Source: Candidatus Omnitrophota bacterium (GTDB lineage: Bacteria > Omnitrophota > Gorgyraeia > B26-G9). From it: a stretch of DNA of 64,000 bases. A model generated the notes under the pieces. That model was not told where the DNA came from. It searched no databases and saw only the letters and a program-made list of their open reading frames with translations. Made by a program: the position numbers and the translations under genes. The stretch covers positions 21,268 through 85,267 of the forward strand of contig JBDRPX010000033.1 in assembly GCA_043826565.1 (NCBI GenBank), read 5' to 3'. This document shows, in pieces, positions 58,067-64,000 of this stretch (the first letter of the stretch is position 1; every line of letters starts with the position of its first letter).

Positions 58067-59884
58067 TTAATATATTACTGACTTACGTTCGGCAATACCT
58101 TCGGCATCTTTAATCGCCGCCTTAATATCAAATGTCGGCTCCATCTTATCCGCTTTTTTATTAATTATTTTTTCGTACATCAGCCGGAAATTTTTTATCG
58201 TCGTCAGAATTGGATTCGGCGATGTCTGCCCCAGGCCGCAGCGGCTGGTTTTCATAACTGTCTCGGCGAGTTCCTGAAGATAATCCAGATCTCCTTTTTC
58301 ACCTTTTCCGGACATAATCTTCTCCAAACGCTGTTTCAGAAGAACATTTCCCACCCGGCAAGGGGTACAATATCCGCAGCTTTCCTCAATAAAGAATTCC
58401 ATATACTGATGAACTATTTCCAAAAGATCGCGGTCTTTATTAAAAACAACCACGGCGCCGCCGGTCGCACAATCGTTATAACAGATCGCCCGGTCAAAAT
58501 CTTTAGGCCCGATGATCTGTCCGGAAGGCCCCCCGATCAGAACTGCTTGTACTTTTGCCGCTTTGACTTCTTTAAGTAAATCTTTAATCGTAATTCCAAA
58601 AGGTACTTCATAAACACCGGGAGCGTCACAATCTCCGGAAACACTTAATAATTTTGTCCCGGCGCTGTCTTTAGAACCAAGTCCGGAAAACCAGCCGGCA
58701 CCATTTTCCATGATCCGGGCAACACAGCAAAACGTTTCCACATTATTTACGCTGGTCGGAAGCCCCAAATAACCTTTTTGTGCCGGGAACGGCGGACGAT
58801 TTTTCGGATCTCCACGCATTCCTTCGCAAGAACTTATAAGTGCTGTTTCCTCACCGCAGATATATGCTCCTGCTCCCATCTGAATGCGTATATCAAAATT
58901 TAATTTTTCTTTTCCTAAAATATTTTTTCCTAAAAGACCTTTATCCCGGCGATCTTTAAGCTTCTTTTCCAGAAAAGCACGCAAATACGCGTATTCGCCT
59001 CTTAAATAAATTATCCCGGTATCAGCACCAATAGCATATCCGGCAATTGTCATCCCTTCAAATAGTAAATCACAACGCTCGGTCAGGATCACCCGGTCTT
59101 TAAATGTCCCCGGTTCTCCCTCATCAGCATTACAAATAATACATTTATTTTCACCTTCCGCATTACGGGTAAACTCCCACTTAAGCCCGGTAGGAAAGCC
59201 CGCACCGCCGCGGCCTCTTAACCCGGTAGTTTTAACTTCCTTAATAACTTCTTCCGGAGTCATGGATAATGCTTTTCCCAGGCCAGCATCCGGGGTGTTT
59301 TCCGCAAAAATAACCGCGCCTTTTGTATATAGAGAATTGGTGACCATAGACTGAATAAGTTTATCCGAATTATTCCCATCGCCAAGTTTACGTTTGATTT
59401 TCTTAGGATCCTGGTGCTCTTTTAATTCACTGATAAGTTTTTTAACTTTGCCGCCGGTTAGATTGGTAATGATTTCATCATTAACCATTGCCGACGGAGC
59501 CTGGTCACACATACCGATACAAGGAGTATATTCTAAAGTAAATTTTCCATCCGCGGTCGTTTGCCCGAACTCTATTCCTAACTCTTTTTTAAATGCCTTA
59601 GCAACCGCATCAACACCCTTCATCCGGTCAACGACATCATTACACAAACGAATAACAACTTTACCTTTAGGTTTTTTGGAAAGAAAAGCGTAAAAAGAAA
59701 CAACTCCTTCTACTTCCACACGATGAGCTTTCACACACTTAGCAATTAAATCCATTGCCGGGCTGCTTACACACCCCTGGCTCTTTTGCAGTTCCCTAAC
59801 AATATCCATCATTCTTGTACGGTCATTACCGTATAATTCACAAATCTTTTTTACTTTATCTTCTAAATTTTTACTCATGCTCAT
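58067..59884 (-). CDS. hoxF: Diaphorase flavoprotein subunit (NuoE-NuoF fusion)
   Basis: N-terminal NuoE-like domain (CIGMCDQAP), GLRGRGGAGFPTG.KW, NADEGEPGTFKDR, YICGEETAL, ESCGYCTPCR, SRCGLG. Confidence 0.93.
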   Translation of the reverse strand: MSMSKNLEDKVKKICELYGNDRTRMMDIVRELQKSQGCVSSPAMDLIAKCVKAHRVEVEGVVSFYAFLSKKPKGKVVIRLCNDVVDRMKGVDAVAKAFKKELGIEFGQTTADGKFTLEYTPCIGMCDQAPSAMVNDEIITNLTGGKVKKLISELKEHQDPKKIKRKLGDGNNSDKLIQSMVTNSLYTKGAVIFAENTPDAGLGKALSMTPEEVIKEVKTTGLRGRGGAGFPTGLKWEFTRNAEGENKCIICNADEGEPGTFKDRVILTERCDLLFEGMTIAGYAIGADTGIIYLRGEYAYLRAFLEKKLKDRRDKGLLGKNILGKEKLNFDIRIQMGAGAYICGEETALISSCEGMRGDPKNRPPFPAQKGYLGLPTSVNNVETFCCVARIMENGAGWFSGLGSKDSAGTKLLSVSGDCDAPGVYEVPFGITIKDLLKEVKAAKVQAVLIGGPSGQIIGPKDFDRAICYNDCATGGAVVVFNKDRDLLEIVHQYMEFFIEESCGYCTPCRVGNVLLKQRLEKIMSGKGEKGDLDYLQELAETVMKTSRCGLGQTSPNPILTTIKNFRLMYEKIINKKADKMEPTFDIKAAIKDAEGIAERKSVIY

Positions 59885-59951
59885 ACCTTCTTTTTTTAAT
59901 TTGTTTTACAGTGGTAACTGCAAACCCCGGATTAGTAATTCGTGCATTCAA

Positions 59952-59969
59952 TCGTGAAATCTTTAACAA
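59952..59969. promoter_or_regulatory. Rex operator upstream of hoxF
   Basis: TCGTGAA-ATCT-TTAACAA versus consensus TTGTGAA-N4-TTCACAA (2 mismatches), just downstream of the candidate promoter TTGCAA(60014)-N16-TAAACT(59987). Confidence 0.7.
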
Positions 59970-60084
59970 TTCAACGCCCAACTTCAAGTTTATCATCAAT
60001 TAATAACTTTGCAAGCTTTTTTTTTGAAATTTTTTTAATGGTGATAAACTATTTTATTTTATAAGGATTTTGCGGAAAAATTCG

Positions 60085-60765
60085 TTATTCTTCGAAAAAT
60101 TTAGCCTTATTCCCGATAGATTTAATCCTCTGATCCTTTAGCCAGGACAGCCACTCGTCCATTCCTTCCCCCGATACAGCAGAAAATTTAATTACCGGAA
60201 CTGTAGCATTAAGTTTTCGGATATCTTCCATGGCCCGGTCCAAATCAAAAGAAAGAACTCCCAGTAAATCTATTTTTGTCAATAACACAAGATCTGCCGC
60301 GCGAAAAATCGTCGGATACTTAGCAACCTTATCATCCCCCTCCGGGATACTATAAAGAATAATTTTCACATTTTCTCCCAGATCAAACTCGCCGGGACAC
60401 ACCATATTGCCGACATTTTCAATGAACAGATAATCCGCTTTATCCAAAGGTAACCCCGGCAAAGATTCGGCGATCTGGTTCGCGTAAAGATGACAGCTCA
60501 TTCCGGTATTAATCTGCGTTACCTCTTCGGCATACGGAGCAAGCCTATCGGCATCGCGGGTAGTTTGAAGGTCTCCCACCAAAACAAGCGATTTTTGTTC
60601 CGGTAATAATGCCGGAATTGTTTTTTCCAGTAATGTTGTTTTTCCGCTGCCCGGAGAACTGATAATATTAATCCCCAATAATTGAGCTTCCTTAAAAACC
60701 TGGCGGTTTTTTCCCGCGATAATATCATTGGCATTAAGTACACTTTTTACTACATTAACCTTCAT
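60085..60765 (-). CDS. hypB: Hydrogenase nickel incorporation GTPase
   Basis: SSPGSGKTTLLE, GD..T..DA.R, CHL, IENVGN.VCP, EGDDK..KYP, TKIDL. Confidence 0.96.
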   Translation of the reverse strand: MKVNVVKSVLNANDIIAGKNRQVFKEAQLLGINIISSPGSGKTTLLEKTIPALLPEQKSLVLVGDLQTTRDADRLAPYAEEVTQINTGMSCHLYANQIAESLPGLPLDKADYLFIENVGNMVCPGEFDLGENVKIILYSIPEGDDKVAKYPTIFRAADLVLLTKIDLLGVLSFDLDRAMEDIRKLNATVPVIKFSAVSGEGMDEWLSWLKDQRIKSIGNKAKFFEE

Positions 60766-61136
60766 TGGTCCTTTTTCCTTTCTATATCATCCTGCGTTTG
60801 TCCGGAAATTGTTTTTAGAATAATCCCATCCCCCTGAAGAATTTCTATCTCAGCCATCCGGCATTCCGGACATAAAAAATCATCTATTTTAGGCTCAAAA
60901 GAATTATCACAGATCTTGCAGCGTACCAGCGCGGGTATCTCGATGATCTTTAGCTGCGCTTTTTCGGCAATAGTTTCTTTCTTTACGGCTTCAAACGCCG
61001 TCTGCATAATTTCCGGGACTATCTGTTTAAGTACTCCGGTTTCAATTTCTACTGAATCAACGCTGACCATGTTATTTTCCCGCGCAACTTCTAATATTTG
61101 ATCCATTAATTCTGAAGCTATGGACATTTCATGCAT
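60762..61136 (-). CDS. hypA: Hydrogenase nickel metallochaperone
   Basis: MHEMSIA, C..C and CP.C zinc motifs. Confidence 0.96.
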   Translation of the reverse strand: MHEMSIASELMDQILEVARENNMVSVDSVEIETGVLKQIVPEIMQTAFEAVKKETIAEKAQLKIIEIPALVRCKICDNSFEPKIDDFLCPECRMAEIEILQGDGIILKTISGQTQDDIERKKDQ

Positions 61137-61157
61137 ATTCAATTATTCCTGTTTTGT

Positions 61158-61332
61158 AATTCAAAAGTCAGAAATCAAAGCTCAAAAATTCAACTTAAAA
61201 TTCAAAATTACTAATAATATAATTACCCCACTAACTCTAAAAATATTTTTAACTTTTTACTTTTGAATTGCCCGCCTAGCTGAGCTGGCGAGGCTGGCAC
61301 TTTTGACTTTTGCCTTTTAAGTTTTGACTTTT
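61158..61332. repeat. Inverted TCAAAA-heptamer arms with a GC-rich insert in the right arm
   Basis: Left arm 61158-61210; right arm 61243-61332 interrupted by GCCCGCCTAGCTGAGCTGGCGAGGCTGGC (about 61270-61298). Same family as 47505-47645. Confidence 0.7.
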
Positions 61333-61335
61333 CTT

Positions 61336-61950
61336 TTAAAGCTGCATTTCACAGAAAAGCGAAAGAAATTCTATAGTCAAATCAATATTTTTCACGTAAA
61401 CATCACTGGGGACACTTATGGACACCGGAGAAAAATTCACAATACCGCGAATCCCGGAAGCAACAATAATATCCGCTACCGGCTGGGCATTGTGTTCGGG
61501 AACAGCGATAATCCCAATTTCCGTATGCGTCTTAGGAATTATTTTCGGAGCATCATTAACACTGAATATATCTACATCATTAATTTTTTTGCCGATTTTT
61601 CTGCGGTCTTTTTCAAAAGCAGCAACAATCTGAACTTTATCCTGCTTAAATCCGGAATATTTTAAAATTGCCACCCCGAGATTACCAACGCCAAATAGCG
61701 CGATATGCACGATATTCTGCAAAACAAAATCTTCCAGGATCTTTTTTAATTCAATTGTCTTATATCCGACTCTCGGCTTGCCGACTTTTCCGAAATTTGA
61801 GATATCCTGGCGTATCTGTACATCAGTAAGACCGGTAATTTTCGCCAATTGTTTAGAAGAAACATAATTCTCCCCGGAATTTATCAGTTTCTCTAAAGTT
61901 CTTATATAGAGAAATGACCGGGAAATTGTTTTTTGCGGAAATTTTTTCAT
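61336..61950 (-). CDS. rex: Redox-sensing transcriptional repressor Rex
   Basis: T..R..LY.R.L, VSS.QLA, QIRQDIS.FG..G...VGY, GVGNLG.A, GIVNF.P. Confidence 0.94.
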   Translation of the reverse strand: MKKFPQKTISRSFLYIRTLEKLINSGENYVSSKQLAKITGLTDVQIRQDISNFGKVGKPRVGYKTIELKKILEDFVLQNIVHIALFGVGNLGVAILKYSGFKQDKVQIVAAFEKDRRKIGKKINDVDIFSVNDAPKIIPKTHTEIGIIAVPEHNAQPVADIIVASGIRGIVNFSPVSISVPSDVYVKNIDLTIEFLSLFCEMQL

Positions 61951-61964
61951 TGCTTACCCATCGG

Positions 61965-62930
61965 TTATAAGTTTTCGCCTTCCTTAAGATAATTAGTGAT
62001 ATAATCTTTTACCGATTCTTCCAAAGTCCGAAAGTTAACCGGAGCTCCGGCAGTTTTGGCCTTATCCATTACGCCTTGAGTAAAATACTGATATTTAGGA
62101 CGTAAATACTCCGGCATGTCTATATATTCAATTTTCGGTTTTTTATCCAAGGCCTTAAACATCGCTGCGCTGAGGTCATTCCAGGATTGTGCTTTGCCAG
62201 TGCCCAGATTAAATATCCCGGCCTTATCCGGATTAGTGAAGAAATAATACATCACTTCTACCGCGTCTTTAACATAAATAAAATCTCTTTTTTGTTCGCC
62301 ATGCTTGTAATCATCATTATACGACTTAAATAAACGAATACAGCCTTGCTCGGCAACCTCATGGAATTTTTTACAAACAATACTCATCATTTCACCCTTA
62401 TGATATTCATTTGGGCCGAATACATTAAAAAACTTAAGCCCGGTTGCTTTATTTTCATATCCATTATTAAGCAGCCATAAGTCAAATAACTGCTTGGAAT
62501 ATCCATACATATTTAAAGGAATAAGCCTTTGCGTATTTTCATTAGCATCATCATAGCCAAATTCTCCGTCACCATATGTAGCCGCCGAGGAAGCATATAA
62601 AAATGGAATCTTTTTACTAAATGCCCAAAGTGCTAAAATCTTAGAATACTCGTAATTATTCCTGATATAATAATCCGCGTCATTTAGGGTAGTCGAACTG
62701 CAAGCTCCCATATGAATAATTTGATCTATCCGGGGGAGTTTATCTTCCTGGACTAATTTCAGGAAATCATCTTTCTGGATATAATCACGAAAACGTTTTC
62801 CCATAAGATTTTTCCATTTATCCGTAGTATCCAAATGGTCTACCACCAGGATATCATCTATCCCCTGCTGATTCAGCTTCCACAAGAAACAACTTCCGAT
62901 AAATCCCGCTCCGCCGGTTACAACAATCAT
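61965..62930 (-). CDS. rfaD: ADP-L-glycero-D-manno-heptose 6-epimerase
   Basis: MIVVTGGAGFIGS, HMGACSST, YASSAATYG, YGYSK, FNVFGPNEYHKG.M.S, YQYFT. Confidence 0.95.
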   Translation of the reverse strand: MIVVTGGAGFIGSCFLWKLNQQGIDDILVVDHLDTTDKWKNLMGKRFRDYIQKDDFLKLVQEDKLPRIDQIIHMGACSSTTLNDADYYIRNNYEYSKILALWAFSKKIPFLYASSAATYGDGEFGYDDANENTQRLIPLNMYGYSKQLFDLWLLNNGYENKATGLKFFNVFGPNEYHKGEMMSIVCKKFHEVAEQGCIRLFKSYNDDYKHGEQKRDFIYVKDAVEVMYYFFTNPDKAGIFNLGTGKAQSWNDLSAAMFKALDKKPKIEYIDMPEYLRPKYQYFTQGVMDKAKTAGAPVNFRTLEESVKDYITNYLKEGENL

Positions 62931-62989
62931 ATCCTCTCCTTAAATAGCGAATTTAATCTCGCCAATCTCTGTGGCGGACAAATACATAC

Positions 62990-63028
62990 ACTTTTTAACT
63001 TTTAACTTTTAACCTTTGACTTTTAACT
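62990..63028. repeat. TTTTAAC heptamer array (single arm)
   Basis: TTTTAAC TTTTAAC TTTTAAC CTTTGAC TTTTAAC. Confidence 0.7.
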
Positions 63029-63069
63029 TAAATCAGTATATCACAACCTCACCGGAATAAGAAATACTT

Positions 63070-63486
63070 CTACTTAATCCCTTTACCTGTTCCGGACATA
63101 CTCAGCGTCGCATGTTTTACCCCTTTAACCGACATTAGAATATTAGCTAATTCCTGAGCTTTCTCGGCATTACCTCTTATCGCCAGGATCTCCAAACAAT
63201 TATGGTGATCGAGATGCAGATGTTGGGTGGAAATGATTAAATTTAAAAAACCGTGCTGGAGGTCGGTAAGCCGATTAACCAGATCTCTTTTATGGTGGTC
63301 GTATACTAAGGTGATCGCCCCGGCAATATCACCTTGGGTCTTCCATTCCTGCTGGATAAGCTCCTGCCGGATAAGGTCACGAATAGCTTCCGAACGGTTG
63401 GTATATCGCCGGTCTTTGATCAACCGGTCAAATTTTTTCAATAAATCTTCTTCTAGAGACACCCCGAATCTAACTAGTTTTTTCAT
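63070..63486 (-). CDS. nikR: Nickel-responsive regulator NikR
   Basis: RFGVSL, Y.NRSEAIRDLIR, VYDHH, QH, HLHLDHHNCLE. Confidence 0.95.
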   Translation of the reverse strand: MKKLVRFGVSLEEDLLKKFDRLIKDRRYTNRSEAIRDLIRQELIQQEWKTQGDIAGAITLVYDHHKRDLVNRLTDLQHGFLNLIISTQHLHLDHHNCLEILAIRGNAEKAQELANILMSVKGVKHATLSMSGTGKGIK

Positions 63487-63508
63487 AGTACTCTCTTGCC
63501 TTTGAGCT

Positions 63509-63546
63509 AAAAAAAAACCCGGCTCTTTTAGAAGCCGGGTTTTTTA
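63509..63546. terminator. Intrinsic terminator after the cold-shock gene (bidirectional form)
   Basis: A-tract-CCCGGCT-loop-AGCCGGG-T-tract. Confidence 0.85.
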
Positions 63547-63555
63547 TTTTTTGGG

Positions 63556-63756
63556 TTATAACTTCACTACATTTTTGGCTTGTTCGCCTTTAGGACCCTG
63601 TTCGATCTCGAACTCAACATCCTGGCCTTCATCCAACGTCTTGAATCCGTCGCCCTGAATTGTGCTGTGATGCACAAATACATCGCTGCCAGACTCAGCA
63701 GTTATAAAACCATACCCTTTTTTGTTACTGAACCACTTTACTTTCCCTTTCGGCAT
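63556..63756 (-). CDS. Cold-shock protein (CspA family)
   Basis: GKVKWF..KKGYGFI, DVFVHHS, GFKTL.EGQ, GPKG.QA.NV. Confidence 0.96.
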   Translation of the reverse strand: MPKGKVKWFSNKKGYGFITAESGSDVFVHHSTIQGDGFKTLDEGQDVEFEIEQGPKGEQAKNVVKL

Positions 63757-63872
63757 ACTTTACCTCTCTGTTTCTAGGGTTAACTCAACAAAAACCGACT
63801 AAATTCAGTATACATATTTTTAAAAATTTGTCAATAAAATTAGCATTCGGACAAAAATTTAATTTTAAGGCT

Positions 63873-64000
63873 CTAGGCTTCAATCCCCCAGATCTCCTTA
63901 GCATATTCTTTGATCGTACGATCACTGGAGAACTTTCCGGACTTGGCCACATTGATAATTGAACGCTTTGTCCACTCCTCTTTGTCGGCATAAACCGAAG
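63873..64000 (-). CDS. glgP: Glycogen/starch phosphorylase, 3' end (partial)
   Basis: Not in ORF track. Manual translation ...[33 protein letters not shown] matches the phosphorylase C-terminal signature FSSDRTI.EYA.EIW. Confidence 0.9.
   Translation of the reverse strand, partial: SVYADKEEWTKRSIINVAKSGKFSSDRTIKEYAKEIWGIEA

Noticed and set aside
63035-63068. NikR operator (AGTAT..ATACT)
   Set aside because: Half-sites are short and the spacing does not fit GTATGA-N16-TCATAC.
63785-63991. 68-aa ORF in the track
   Set aside because: Alternative frame over the glgP 3' end.
1-64000. tRNA, rRNA, transposase, integrase or prophage genes; remaining short antisense ORFs
   Set aside because: None recognised by eye (tRNAscan/Infernal not run). 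The other track ORFs are shadows of well-supported genes.

Overview
Chromosomal window from an AT-rich diderm bacterium with an anaerobe-type gene set. Gene content and intergenic repeat style suggest a PVC-group lineage such as Ca. Omnitrophota (inference only). Almost all genes are on the minus strand. Main blocks: CsoR plus a TolC-type efflux gene (partial); a Ddl-like ATP-grasp ligase / zincin peptidase pair; a DtxR-feoAB iron module; a complete type I-C CRISPR-Cas locus (cas3-5-8c-7-[Bro-N]-4-1-2, 9 repeats, 8 spacers); ispH; lipoylation and glycine cleavage genes; assorted housekeeping genes; an inverse-autotransporter-like beta-helix protein; a carboxy(nor)spermidine polyamine operon; gpmA; an NAD-reducing group 3d [NiFe] hydrogenase (hoxFUYHW, hypA-F) with rex and nikR; a cold-shock gene and the 3' end of glgP. 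The most unusual signals are mostly non-coding: (1) a lone type I-E repeat fused without a spacer to the distal end of the I-C array; (2) a structured, terminator-containing leader plus a short antirepressor-like ORF ahead of cas3; (3) several families of 7-bp tandem repeats arranged as inverted arms around empty spacers or whole genes; (4) a candidate 113-aa upstream ORF before a divergent SpeD-like decarboxylase; (5) GTAG-type REPs, strong CCGG enrichment and a 20-codon dtd relic. No database searches were run; product calls rest on recognised motifs and gene order.
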